Origin: Ignicoccus islandicus DSM 13165
Lineage (GTDB): Archaea; Thermoproteota; Thermoprotei_A; Sulfolobales; Ignicoccaceae
Length of the DNA: 32,000 nt
NCBI RefSeq assembly: GCF_001481685.1
Contig: NZ_CP006867.1
Coordinates: forward strand, 1,050,001-1,082,000
Direction of reading: 5' to 3'
Notes under the pieces: model-generated
Databases searched by the model: none
Told to the model about the DNA's origin: nothing
What the model saw: the letters and a program-made list of their open reading frames with translations, nothing else
Program-made: the position numbers and the translations under genes
In this document: piece by piece, positions 1 to 9,999 of the stretch
Position numbering within the stretch: the stretch's first letter is position 1
How the letters are laid out: every line of letters begins with the position of its first letter

Positions 1-1
1 T

Positions 2-1384
2 AAGGTCTATAATACTCTAACTAGAAAATACGAGGATTTTCAACCCCTTCAACCTCCTCTTGTAAGAATGTACGTTTGCGGTCCTACTGTCTACGATCAC
101 AGTCACATAGGCCACGCGAGAACTTGGGTCGCCTTCGATGTTGTGAAGAGGTACTTACGCTTAAGAGGGTATTTCGTAATACACGTTCAGAACATAACTG
201 ACATCGATGATAAGATAATCAATAGAGCCAACGAGCTTGGGGTTAGCTGGAAGGAAATAGCAGATAAGTACGCAAAGGAGTACTTAGATTTAATGAAAGA
301 GATGAAGGTATTCCCTACCATTCATCCGAGAGTTACCGAACACATTAGCGATATAATAGAATTCATAAAGGACTTAATTGAAAAGGGATACGCATACGTA
401 ACTCCTTCCGGGGTCTACTTCGATGTGGACAAGTATCCATACTACGGTCAACTTTCCGGTGTGAAAGACAAGGAGATGTGGAGTCAAGAGACCTTCGTGA
501 AGGACAAGAAGAACCCATACGATTTCGCTTTGTGGAAGTGTGCTAAGCCCAACGAGCCTTGGTGGGAGAGTCCTTGGTGTAAGGGGAGGCCTGGATGGCA
601 CATAGAGTGTTCCACTATGAGCAGTAAGTACCTGGGAAAGCAATTCGACATACATGGCGGGGCTAGGGACCTAATTTTCCCACATCATGAGAATGAGATA
701 GCGCAGAGCGAGGCCAGGTTCGGGGTAAGGCCATGGGTAAAGTACTGGCTTCACAGCGGTTACTTGACTGTAAAAGGGGAAAAGATGAGCAAGAGCTTGG
801 GTAACATAGTTCCCTTAGTAGATCTATTGAAAGAATATCCGGCCGATGTGGTTAGGTACTGGCTCACCACTGCCCACTATCGCTCGGAACTAGATTTTTC
901 ATATGATAGACTTGACCAAGCGAAGGTAGCCCTTGAGAGAATGAAGATGAGCGTTGACAAGCTTAGGAGAACTGTCGAGAAAGGCTACCCCAAGGGCTCG
1001 CTCAAGGACGAGGAGGTAAAGGCAATTTACGATATATGGAAGCTTAGGGAGGAGTTCCATCAAGCTATGAGCAACGACTTCAATACTCCAGAGGCTTGGG
1101 CCAAGGTAAGGGAGGCCCTCAGAATAGCCAACGAGACGGATTCGTGGGAAGTGGCTGCGATAACGCTCAACTTCGTTGAAGAGGCCGACCAAGTGTTTGC
1201 TGTATTTGAAGAGAAACGCGTGGAGGGCGTGGAACCGTTCGTGGACCTATTAGTTAGAGTTAGAAGTAGGTTAAGGGAAAGGAAAATGTGGGAATTGAGC
1301 GACTGGATAAGATCCGAACTAGATAAGCTCGGGGTAAAGCTATTGGACAAAGGTAGGGAAACTGAATGGAGGTTCGCGAAATGA
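2..1384 (+). CDS. cysS: Cysteinyl-tRNA synthetase (5' end continues off the left edge)
   Basis: MYVCGPTVYDHSHIGHAR (HIGH-type), GWHIECS and KMSKSLGN motifs. The frame is open from base 2 and reads KVYNTLTRKYEDFQPLQPPLVRMYVCGPTVYD, the usual CysRS N-terminus, so the ATG at 68 is not the true start. Confidence 0.96.
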   Translation, partial: KVYNTLTRKYEDFQPLQPPLVRMYVCGPTVYDHSHIGHARTWVAFDVVKRYLRLRGYFVIHVQNITDIDDKIINRANELGVSWKEIADKYAKEYLDLMKEMKVFPTIHPRVTEHISDIIEFIKDLIEKGYAYVTPSGVYFDVDKYPYYGQLSGVKDKEMWSQETFVKDKKNPYDFALWKCAKPNEPWWESPWCKGRPGWHIECSTMSSKYLGKQFDIHGGARDLIFPHHENEIAQSEARFGVRPWVKYWLHSGYLTVKGEKMSKSLGNIVPLVDLLKEYPADVVRYWLTTAHYRSELDFSYDRLDQAKVALERMKMSVDKLRRTVEKGYPKGSLKDEEVKAIYDIWKLREEFHQAMSNDFNTPEAWAKVREALRIANETDSWEVAAITLNFVEEADQVFAVFEEKRVEGVEPFVDLLVRVRSRLRERKMWELSDWIRSELDKLGVKLLDKGRETEWRFAK

Positions 1385-2052
1385 GGATAGCTAGGGATGC
1401 ATACGCTAGAGAGAAAGGGGCTTACTTGATATACGGATGGGCGGAAGGCGTCGAAGTGAAGGAGGAAGACGCGGAAGTAACTGAATTCTTGAGGAAGGTA
1501 GAGGAGGAGGTTAGGAGAAAGTACGTATTAGAGAAAGTAAAGGACGTTCCAGTAATAAGGGCGTATAGAGACTTTATGTGGAGAATTGGCATTGATCCAA
1601 CTAAGATAAGGCCTTCCTCAGAGGCACTGCTCAGAAGGGCCTTGAGGGGTAGCATCCCTACAATAAATTCTCTGGTCGACCTAGGGAACGCGGTTAGCTT
1701 GAGGTATCTAGTTCCAATAGGAATATATGATTTGGACAAAGCGAAGGACTCAATGATACTGAGAAAAGCGAGGGAAGGCGAGATATTTCTCCCTATTGGG
1801 AAAGGGGAGGTGAGGTTGAACGGGAACGAGGTAGTATTAGCGGACGAAGAGGGACCAATGCACTTGTTCCCTTATAGGGACTCAAGGAGAACCATGGTGA
1901 CCCTAGACACGAAAAGGGCCTTGGTTGTGGGAGCGGGAGTTAACGGCGTAGAAGAGGAACTAGTGAAGAAGGCAGTGAGCGAAATACTGAACTTCCTCCG
2001 CGAGAAAGGCGCTGAGGTGAGCGAAAACGTCTACGGATGTGAGGACATATAG
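1381..2052 (+). CDS. B3/B4 tRNA-binding-domain protein (PheRS beta-like editing domain, stand-alone)
   Basis: ORF contains RAYRDFMWRIGIDPTKIRPSSEALLRRALRG...NSLVDLGNAVSLRYLVPIGIYDLDK, typical of stand-alone B3/B4 proteins. The ATG at 1381 overlaps the cysS stop (ATGA), so it is preferred over the start at 1366. Confidence 0.85.
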   Translation: MRIARDAYAREKGAYLIYGWAEGVEVKEEDAEVTEFLRKVEEEVRRKYVLEKVKDVPVIRAYRDFMWRIGIDPTKIRPSSEALLRRALRGSIPTINSLVDLGNAVSLRYLVPIGIYDLDKAKDSMILRKAREGEIFLPIGKGEVRLNGNEVVLADEEGPMHLFPYRDSRRTMVTLDTKRALVVGAGVNGVEEELVKKAVSEILNFLREKGAEVSENVYGCEDI

Positions 2053-2845
2053 GAAGATGGCTCTCAAAGCGGCTTCCAAGGCCGCGGAGTACTTAAGGAA
2101 CACCTTCCTGAACTCCAACGAAACTGAGATAGTAGAGGACCACGGTTCGGACGTATCTAGGAGAATGGACCTTAAGGCCGAGGAGGTAATAATTAACGTC
2201 TTAAGGGAGGAGGGATTCAAAGGCGCCATAGTAACTGAGGAGAGAGGTACCCTAGGGGAAGGTCCCCCCTTCGCAGTTGTCGATCCAGTGGACGGGAGCT
2301 TGAACTACGTCGTGGGTTCGCCTTACTTCGCGGTCAGTATAGGAATATCGTTGGGAGATTCGTTGGAAGAAGTGGAGGCCGGGGCGCTCTGCCCAGCGTT
2401 CGGCCACCCTTGCTACTCGTTCGAAGGGCCTAGGGCGTTCCAAGGAAGCGAGGAGTTCTCGAAAGGCCGCTTAGAGAAGGTACTATTCTTCTACGGAGAT
2501 CCCCTAATAGAGAGGGAAATGGAGATACTCAAGGGCATATACTCCATCTTAGGTAAACCGAAGATCAGGACTCCCGGGTCTATCTCGCTGGACTTGCTCA
2601 GCGTGGCCAAAGGGAAGGCCCTAGCAGCCGTAGACGTTAGGAGCAAATTGAGAAACGTGGACTTGGCGGCAGCTGTCCCCTTGCTGATTCGCGTAGGCGG
2701 GGGCGTGAACGAGGAAGTCTTGAAAGTGAAGGTCGATGGCGTTAGAGTAGCTGGCGACCTAATTGCTACTTATGATAGAGAATTGTTGAACAAATTATTA
2801 CAGATCTACGCGTCCTTCCCAAAGGACGCGGTGTACGGGGAGTGA
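2039..2845 (+). CDS. Inositol monophosphatase / fructose-1,6-bisphosphatase family protein
   Basis: TEE, then VVDPVDGSLNYVVGSPYFAVSIGI (DPxDGxxN) and the C-terminal NVDLAA motif. GTG start. Confidence 0.88.
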   Translation: MRTYRKMALKAASKAAEYLRNTFLNSNETEIVEDHGSDVSRRMDLKAEEVIINVLREEGFKGAIVTEERGTLGEGPPFAVVDPVDGSLNYVVGSPYFAVSIGISLGDSLEEVEAGALCPAFGHPCYSFEGPRAFQGSEEFSKGRLEKVLFFYGDPLIEREMEILKGIYSILGKPKIRTPGSISLDLLSVAKGKALAAVDVRSKLRNVDLAAAVPLLIRVGGGVNEEVLKVKVDGVRVAGDLIATYDRELLNKLLQIYASFPKDAVYGE

Positions 2846-5800
2846 GGCGGAACCAAGCGCTTTACCTAACGATCCTACTGACCATTACCGTCATAGGATA
2901 CCTAGTACCGATACCGAAAGTTAAGAGCGGAATGGCTTCAGCGCCCTTGCTCTCTAGCTCAGCCGAATCAATGAAGGTCTCGAACGTAACCAGTTCCTCA
3001 TCGCTCAATGCGAGCAACGTGATAATATTCAATGTTACCAACGAGGAAATTAGCTTCTCGCCCAACTTCTATGAGAAGGTCGAGAGAATACTATCTGAGT
3101 TCTCTCTTAATTCCTCTCTAAATTACAACATATTGAACGAGGAGATAAGGGATAGGGTCTCGGAAGCGCTCGTTAACTACGTTAAGCAATACTTCCCCTA
3201 TCTCTCGTATATGAAGAGCTTGATAAACCAATTCGACGCGATTTCCATATACGTTGTAGAGCAAATGAGTTCCCTCTGGAACTTAAAGCTTCTTTTAGAG
3301 AACTTGGATAGCGTTAAGAGAAACGTCTATAGCGAATTACTGAACGTATCTAAGGCCGTTAACGAATTCGAAGAAAAATTCTACCAAACGGAAATTGAAA
3401 CTTACTTGAAGCTTAACGAGAGCGAGGCTTTGTTAAACGAGAAGTTGGAGATGGCTAGGAAAATTTACGATTCGATCGTTAAGGTGAACGAGGTCTTCCG
3501 TCAGATATATTCGAAGTTCAACCGAGTATTGGAGCTGGAATGTTCTAAAGGAGGCCTATCGATCAGGGAAGTAAGCGTAATTATTAGCGAATCTAACTCT
3601 ACTCTTGAAAGAACGTTCGGTAATGTTCTATCTAATGCGTTCTTAGAGACTGCGGCTGCTTGGCCGAAGGACTTGAACGAAATATGTAAGGACCCGAGGC
3701 AGAGGTCCTCCTTCGTTGCACAGACCCTAGCTAGGTTCGTTTCCATAGCACCGGATTCCCTATCAAATGACGTAGGGGAATTATTCGGTTTAGATCCAGA
3801 ATCATCTAAGACCATAATTACCATCGCATTGAGCTTGGGACCAAAGGTTAAGAGAGAAGTCTTGGAATCGGCCTTCGTTGAAGCCCTAAGGCTAATTTAC
3901 AACGTCCCTGCCAACGAGGCAATACTCCTACTAGGAGGCATAAAGGGTCACGCTGAGGCTCGGGCCGAACTTATAATAAAATATATGAACGTGACCAACG
4001 GATGCATCGCTACCGCAATTAGGGAGAGCGTAACGACGAATTCCCCCCTAAGCGTTTCCCTATCGCGATGCGAAACGGAAGGCCTCTTAAAGGTCCTTAA
4101 CGATCTCTATGGCGTTGATCCGCTCTCCCTTAACGTGAGCTTAGCCTACAGGGGCCTCACGAGCGACTGGCTAGATTACTTCGCTAAGGAAACCATTTAC
4201 GAGAAATTGAGGGGGTTCGGGGTCCCCCATCCAATAGCTTTCGAGATAGCGTTCGAGGGGGTTAAACCGAGCGAGTACGAAGTGCTATATCAGACCCTCA
4301 ACGCTAGCGGCTCCCTTTACGCAAAGGAAATAGCTTTCGCTATGGCCCATTCGAAGGACTTCGAGCAAGCAAAGAAGATAGCGCTAGTTAACGTCTTCAA
4401 GGGCTACGTCAAGGAATTGGAAGCCAGTGGCTTAAGTCAAAAGGCGGCCGAACTACTTCTAAGTTACCTGCTCGCTTGGACGCCAGGTCTCAATGACGAG
4501 CTAGTAAATCAAATAGTGTTCAAGGTAGTAGTTACGGAACTTATGGAAAGGTCCTCTTCTTTCGCGCTTTCTCAGCTCGTATTCAAACTGATAGACGTAA
4601 ACGAATTCGTCAAGGAACTGATTCAATGTCCCGATATAGATTGCGCTCTGGAGAAAACCAACGAATTAAGTTCGGAGCTCGCTTCGAAGTTCATATCTAA
4701 GTACACCGCTTACGAGCTTCTAGTCGGAAAGGACGAGAAACACCCGATCTTTCTAATTAGTTCCCCATTGAGGTACGAGGAAGTTTCGAAGATCAAGAGC
4801 GTTCTAAGTAACTTAAGCGGCGTAAGGGACGTTCACTTCACCGGTACGGACCTCCTGAACGAGGACGTCCAACTCCACGTTAACGAAAGCTTGAACGACG
4901 TGAACTTGTTCTCAACCGTTGCCGTGTTGTTAGTATTGCTTCTATCGACGAGGAGTTTGAAACTGACCTTCATCCCACTAATTATAATTTTGATAGTACT
5001 GAAGGTGTACGATCTAGTTCTCTTCGCCTTGTCTCAAGTAACGGGCTTCGTTCCGGGTACGATAGACTTGATAGTGGCAACGGCAACGGTACTGGGTGTA
5101 GGGATAGACTACACCCTTTACGCAACCAGCAGGTCGAGGGAGGTCGGTCTAAAGGAAGCGATGAAACCTATACTGCTGGCCTCCGGTGTAGCTTCAACGG
5201 GATTCTTGCTCTTCGGTGCCCTCGCAACAGTGTTCCTCCCAAGCTTGAGCTCAATAGGAGTAAGCGTCCCATTAGCGATAATGCTCACTTCTACTCTAGG
5301 TCCGCTAATGGCCTCATCCATTGCAGACGTCCTTAACGTAGAACCGATGCCCATGCCGAGGAAGAAGCCTGGGTTGGCTGCTCTATCTGTCGAGTTCCCC
5401 AGGCTAACGGTCGCTCTGGCGTTGACCTTAGCGCTGATAGGCGTTCTAACCCTCAGGTACTGGCCTCCCGGATACGACTTGTTCCTCTTCCTACCTCCGG
5501 ACGCCCCTTCAGTGAAGAGCCTAAGCGTTCTAGAGGAGTACTCTAGCCCGGGCGTTATAGGGCAAACAGTAATCTTGTTGAAGCTAAGGAACTCAAGTTC
5601 TATAGCAGAAGTTACTGAGCAGATAGATAACTTAGTCCAGTACTTCTTGGAGAGCGGTTACTTCGATTACGCCTTCACCGTTACCAGACCCTTAGGCAAG
5701 TTCGTTAGCTACGACTACGACGCCCTGAAGCTCTTGGGGGCGGATCGCTTCGTTAAGGGAAGTTACGTAGTAATTTACTTGTTACCTCATTACCCGCCGG

Positions 5801-6468
5801 ATAGCAACGTAATGATAGATTACGTCGGATACATGAGGTCTTTCTTAAAGAAATGGGTTAGTTCGAAGAACCAGTTCTTCGAAGAGGCCTTGGTTGGAGG
5901 AGAGAGTGCAATCAATTACGACGTGTCAAACGCAATAAACAACGTAATTTTGAGTTACATGACGCCTTTGATGATAATACTTAGCTCGGCTATATTCGTA
6001 GTTGTGTTTGAAAGAATGGAATTCATTTTGGCAACGGCCATCTCCACTTTAGTGCCAATAGCCGTTTCGTTGGGTCTCAGTAACTTGTTGTTCAGGACCT
6101 TGTTCTCGATTCCTATGCTGTGGTTAGTAGTACCCCTGTTAGTTACAGCAATACTAAGCATAGGTAGCGATTACTTAGTTTTCTACCTATACGGGGTTAA
6201 GGAGGGCATGGAGAAGTGTAAAGTGAGGTTAAACGGGGAATGCGTTAACATGCTGAACGTACTGCTTTACACCTCATCCAAGCTATCTAAACTCATTATG
6301 GGCTTCGCCTTAACTTTCTCAGTTGCTTACTTATCGATGGTAGCTTCCAAGATATGGGCCCTTAGGGAGATAGGTGCCTCTATAGGCTTAGCGGCGATAC
6401 TCCTACTGATATCCGTGGCTTACACTCTAGTACCGGCCGTGCTGGCACTAGTGTACAGGAGGCGATGA
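2842..6468 (+). CDS. Large RND/MMPL-superfamily membrane protein (1208 aa)
   Basis: GTG start overlapping the upstream stop (GTGA). Two hydrophobic blocks, including VLGVGIDYTLYATSR and ILSIGSDYLVFYLYG (RND/MMPL GxxxDY motif), and a long N-terminal extracytoplasmic helical region. Confidence 0.82.
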   Translation: MRRNQALYLTILLTITVIGYLVPIPKVKSGMASAPLLSSSAESMKVSNVTSSSSLNASNVIIFNVTNEEISFSPNFYEKVERILSEFSLNSSLNYNILNEEIRDRVSEALVNYVKQYFPYLSYMKSLINQFDAISIYVVEQMSSLWNLKLLLENLDSVKRNVYSELLNVSKAVNEFEEKFYQTEIETYLKLNESEALLNEKLEMARKIYDSIVKVNEVFRQIYSKFNRVLELECSKGGLSIREVSVIISESNSTLERTFGNVLSNAFLETAAAWPKDLNEICKDPRQRSSFVAQTLARFVSIAPDSLSNDVGELFGLDPESSKTIITIALSLGPKVKREVLESAFVEALRLIYNVPANEAILLLGGIKGHAEARAELIIKYMNVTNGCIATAIRESVTTNSPLSVSLSRCETEGLLKVLNDLYGVDPLSLNVSLAYRGLTSDWLDYFAKETIYEKLRGFGVPHPIAFEIAFEGVKPSEYEVLYQTLNASGSLYAKEIAFAMAHSKDFEQAKKIALVNVFKGYVKELEASGLSQKAAELLLSYLLAWTPGLNDELVNQIVFKVVVTELMERSSSFALSQLVFKLIDVNEFVKELIQCPDIDCALEKTNELSSELASKFISKYTAYELLVGKDEKHPIFLISSPLRYEEVSKIKSVLSNLSGVRDVHFTGTDLLNEDVQLHVNESLNDVNLFSTVAVLLVLLLSTRSLKLTFIPLIIILIVLKVYDLVLFALSQVTGFVPGTIDLIVATATVLGVGIDYTLYATSRSREVGLKEAMKPILLASGVASTGFLLFGALATVFLPSLSSIGVSVPLAIMLTSTLGPLMASSIADVLNVEPMPMPRKKPGLAALSVEFPRLTVALALTLALIGVLTLRYWPPGYDLFLFLPPDAPSVKSLSVLEEYSSPGVIGQTVILLKLRNSSSIAEVTEQIDNLVQYFLESGYFDYAFTVTRPLGKFVSYDYDALKLLGADRFVKGSYVVIYLLPHYPPDSNVMIDYVGYMRSFLKKWVSSKNQFFEEALVGGESAINYDVSNAINNVILSYMTPLMIILSSAIFVVVFERMEFILATAISTLVPIAVSLGLSNLLFRTLFSIPMLWLVVPLLVTAILSIGSDYLVFYLYGVKEGMEKCKVRLNGECVNMLNVLLYTSSKLSKLIMGFALTFSVAYLSMVASKIWALREIGASIGLAAILLLISVAYTLVPAVLALVYRRR

Positions 6469-6582
6469 GAGCCGCGTCGGAAGCCGATTCGATGATGGTA
6501 TTGGCTACATTTCGAGCCTTCAAATTAAACCCCCTCTAGTTCAATTCCTCGGTGAACTACCTTCTATCCAGTCATAGTTGCC

Positions 6583-7167
6583 TTGGATCCTCCAATAGGT
6601 GAGGGATGGGAATGGGCACTGAAAGTGGCCGAAAGGCTGAAGGGTAAGGTGAGGGCGTTCAAGGTCGGATGGCCCCTCTTACTTGAAGGGAATAGGGTGA
6701 GGGAACTAAGGGAGTACGGCGAAGTTATAGCTGATTTGAAGTTAGCGGACATAAGTTACACAATGATAAACATCGTTAAGAGAGTTGGAGCTGACGCATA
6801 CATAGCCCACGCCTTCGTTGGAAGGAAGGACGCATTAAGGGAACTTAGAAGGGAAGTCGACAAGCTCTATCTGCTGGTTTCAATGAGTCACGAAGGTTCC
6901 AAGGAGTTCATTGATCTCCACTGGAGGGAGTTCGTTTTAGAAGCATACGAACTGGCCGACGGAATAGTTGCTCCCGCTACTAAGCCGGAGTTAATAAGGA
7001 AGGTAAGGGCCATTTGGCTCAAGGAGATAATATCTCCCGGTGTTGGAGCGCAAGGAGCCCTACCTTGCTCAGCGATAAGGGCTGGCGCCAACTACGAAAT
7101 AATAGGTAGAAGCCTAACGCGAGCCGAAGATCCAATATCGTTCCTTGAATCTCACTACCCGTGTTAG
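6583..7167 (+). CDS. pyrF: Orotidine 5'-phosphate decarboxylase (5' end uncertain, see findings)
   Basis: DPPIGEGWEWALKVAERLKG...FKVGWPLLL...VIADLKLADISYT...ISPGVGAQG...EIIGRSL. Catalytic DxKxxD is present. TTG start as tracked. Confidence 0.85.
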   Translation: MDPPIGEGWEWALKVAERLKGKVRAFKVGWPLLLEGNRVRELREYGEVIADLKLADISYTMINIVKRVGADAYIAHAFVGRKDALRELRREVDKLYLLVSMSHEGSKEFIDLHWREFVLEAYELADGIVAPATKPELIRKVRAIWLKEIISPGVGAQGALPCSAIRAGANYEIIGRSLTRAEDPISFLESHYPC

Positions 7168-7666
7168 CGTCGCCTTCGCTCCACCAAAGCCGATCATCGC
7201 TGGGGATAAAGCTCAGATCGTCCCTGCACGCTCATCCGCTTCCGTTGTACTCAACGCCTTCGGGCCTTTATAGACGAAGACCCTCTCAGTTCTATTTCAA
7301 AATTTGAACTCGATTGATTTAGTTTTCTTCGGGCTTCAAAAATTCTATTATAATGTATAGTTCTTTAAAGAATCTTCCAACCTCTCCATGGGTTCCGAGC
7401 TGGTTTCATTTCAAAACCATTTTTCTCCATTCACATTAAAATAAGGGTACGTTTGGGGATCTTCTAGGATTCCCCATCAAATCGGGGACTTCATCATGAG
7501 ATTAGGTTAGGTTACTAAAGGAAACTAGAAAAGCAAATAAACTCCAAATTAGAGATAACCTTGGAAGGGCGTGGGTTGAAACGAAAGAAAACGGAAAGAT
7601 TTAATTGAAGAGTCAAACCGTGTATACTTTTAAGTTAAAATTTAAATAAGACGAAAAGGCTAATAA

Positions 7667-8233
7667 ATGTCACAAGACTGTATCTCAGCGATTAGGGAAG
7701 AGGTGCTTAGTTGCTGTTCATGCGAACTATGCAAATATAGGACGAGGCCCGTCCCGGGAGAGCTCATGGGCAGTGGAAAGTTATTCTTAGTTGGGGAAGC
7801 GCCCGGAAAGAGGGAAGACGAACTCGGTAGACCGTTCGTGGGTAAGGCCGGGATCCTCCTCAGGAAAACGTTAGATGAGGTTGGAGCGAAAGACGTATAC
7901 ATTACCAATGCCGTTAAGTGCAGACCACCTAACAACAGAACCCCCACTAGGTCTGAAATAGAAACGTGTAAACCATATTTAATTAGAGAAATATCTTGCT
8001 TAAGGCCTAAGGTGATAGTTGCCCTCGGAAAAACAGCTTCCTACGCGCTCTTGGGAGTGGATAGAAGCTTGAAGGAAATGAGGGGTAGGAGGTTTCAAGC
8101 CGAGTACGGAGGAGTCAAAGTTGATGTAATAGTTACCTATCATCCCGCTGCTGTAGTTCGGAACCCCAAATACTTACTGCCCTTTAAGTTCGATATAAGA
8201 AGGGCTTGGGAAGAGGTTAAAGGGTTAGGTTGA
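7667..8233 (+). CDS. Type-4 (Fe-S) uracil-DNA glycosylase
   Basis: [54 protein letters not shown] and [11 protein letters not shown] motifs. Confidence 0.92.
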   Translation: MSQDCISAIREEVLSCCSCELCKYRTRPVPGELMGSGKLFLVGEAPGKREDELGRPFVGKAGILLRKTLDEVGAKDVYITNAVKCRPPNNRTPTRSEIETCKPYLIREISCLRPKVIVALGKTASYALLGVDRSLKEMRGRRFQAEYGGVKVDVIVTYHPAAVVRNPKYLLPFKFDIRRAWEEVKGLG

Positions 8234-9536
8234 GGGCCATTTCCAGGTATTCCTTGAATCTCTTTAAGGCAACTTCGTTTAGTTCGTAGCCGTAGTGAAC
8301 TTTCACGTACTCCCGTCTAAATTCAATTACCTTCTCCCTAACTTCCTTCGGGTCCTTTCCGTTTAGTACATCCGAGATGAACTTCGCTATTTCCTTCATC
8401 TCCCCTTCCTTCATACCGAACCTGGTCATCTCTTGAACGCCTAACCTTATTCCGCTTGGATTCGCTATCGCGTCCGGCGGATCCCATGGCAACAAGTTCT
8501 TGTTAGCTATTATGTTGGCTTCCTCTAGCCTCACTACCGCTTCCGCTGCACCTCCCCTATCTGAGAGATCGAGTATCACTTGATGCGTCCGAGTGAAGCC
8601 TAACTTCTCGCCTAAGACCTTCACGCCCAACGAATGAAGTTCTTCCGCTAGCGCCTTCGCGTTCGATACTATTTGCTTCGCGTATTCTTCCCCGAAGTTC
8701 ATCATTTCGATGGCGGTGACTGCTAGAGAGGGTAGCCGGTGAGCGTGATGGTTGCTCACGAACACAGGGAATACTATTTTCGAGATCTTCTTGTATAGAT
8801 CCCTATCGTTCGTTAGGATGACCCCGCCTTGGGGTCCGGGGAAGGTCTTGTGAGTGGAAGCAGTCATGACGTCAGCGCCTTCCGTTAACGGGTTAGATAG
8901 AGCCTTGCCGGCAATTAGACCCAATACGTGAGCCGCGTCGTATACTACCTTAGCCCCGACCGCGTGGGCTGCCTCGGCTATTTCCTTTACTGGGTGCGGG
9001 AATGGGTACATGCTACCTCCGAGGACGACGAAGCTTGGCTTAACCTCTTCGATCATCTTAACCGCTTTATCGACATCTATGTTGAAATTGTCCTTATCGT
9101 AAGGCATTTCTATGTGTTCGATGCCTAGGGCACCTAAGATACCGAACTTGGTATGGGAGACGTGGGAGCCTGCTTGAACTGGGGGAATTAGAGCCTTCTT
9201 CCCGCAACCTCCGAGCGCGTAGAACACGGTTCCGTTGGCAGTAGTTCCGCTAACAGGCCTCACTTCCGCGTAATTAGCAGAGAACAACTTCGACATTAGA
9301 TCGGAAGCTAACAGCTCTATTTCGTCTATATATTTCGTCCCCTGATAGTACCTCTTCCTAGGCTTTCCTTCTGCGTATCTATGTAACATGTCGTTTAAGT
9401 AAAGGCTTTCGGCGAGCGGGCTCATTACGTTTTCGCTAGCTATCAAATTTATCGTGGAATGCCTCCATTTATCGTGTTCTGAAACAATAGAAACTATCCT
9501 GTTTATGAGGTCCTCCAATCTCGTACGCCAGTTCAT
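8217..9536 (-). CDS. glyA: Serine hydroxymethyltransferase
   Basis: [45 protein letters not shown] (PLP lysine). 439 aa. Confidence 0.96.
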   Translation of the reverse strand: MNWRTRLEDLINRIVSIVSEHDKWRHSTINLIASENVMSPLAESLYLNDMLHRYAEGKPRKRYYQGTKYIDEIELLASDLMSKLFSANYAEVRPVSGTTANGTVFYALGGCGKKALIPPVQAGSHVSHTKFGILGALGIEHIEMPYDKDNFNIDVDKAVKMIEEVKPSFVVLGGSMYPFPHPVKEIAEAAHAVGAKVVYDAAHVLGLIAGKALSNPLTEGADVMTASTHKTFPGPQGGVILTNDRDLYKKISKIVFPVFVSNHHAHRLPSLAVTAIEMMNFGEEYAKQIVSNAKALAEELHSLGVKVLGEKLGFTRTHQVILDLSDRGGAAEAVVRLEEANIIANKNLLPWDPPDAIANPSGIRLGVQEMTRFGMKEGEMKEIAKFISDVLNGKDPKEVREKVIEFRREYVKVHYGYELNEVALKRFKEYLEMALNLTL

Positions 9537-9600
9537 CCTATTCCTTTATCCTTATTAAAAGCGTGACGACGATGTGGAAATAGTTCCTACGAAAGCAACT

Positions 9601-9954
9601 TTAGCTCTCGTTCTTACTTATGCTCAACTTCCTCCTAATTTCTATTGCCTTTTCGAGGTTCGAAAGCCATATGTTGAGTTCGTCAGCCTCTAACTTCGTG
9701 GCCTTAGGTATCTTCGAAGTGAAGTCAATGACCTTTTCTAGGATTGCGTTAATTAAGTCGTCTAGAGTGTTATCGACCTTTATTTCAGTTTCCTCCCTAC
9801 GGGACGTTATCTTTCGTATCTCTCCATGGATTGGGCAGACTATCCTCCCGTCTTTGAGCTTGTAGAGGGGCGATCCACACAGAGGGCACGTTTCCGGTAA
9901 CATCACCGCGCCTTCTTTCAAGAGTTCCGCTGCCCTTTTCACAACGTCTACCAT
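9601..9954 (-). CDS. Small zinc-ribbon protein, Sjogren/scleroderma autoantigen-1 (p27) family-like
   Basis: N-terminal helix, then LPETCPLCGSPLYKLKDGRIVCPIHGE zinc ribbon. Confidence 0.72.
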   Translation of the reverse strand: MVDVVKRAAELLKEGAVMLPETCPLCGSPLYKLKDGRIVCPIHGEIRKITSRREETEIKVDNTLDDLINAILEKVIDFTSKIPKATKLEADELNIWLSNLEKAIEIRRKLSISKNES

Positions 9955-9999
9955 TTCGTTTCCCCTACTACTACCCTTAACTTAATTGTTAAGTTTAAG

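Noticed and set aside
374-1350. Antisense ORFs 374-655, 899-1192 and 1060-1350 within cysS
   Set aside because: They are shadows of a strongly conserved cysS frame, with no motifs.
3501-6161. Antisense ORFs in the RND gene (3501-3824, 5118-5354, 5955-6161)
   Set aside because: They are antisense to a long coherent membrane-protein frame, with no recognisable features.
7168-7270. C/D-like boxes on the minus strand (GGATGAG, TCTGAGC, CGATGAT)
   Set aside because: C boxes match only 5 of 7 positions and no terminal D box was seen; kept only as part of the unexplained intergenic finding.
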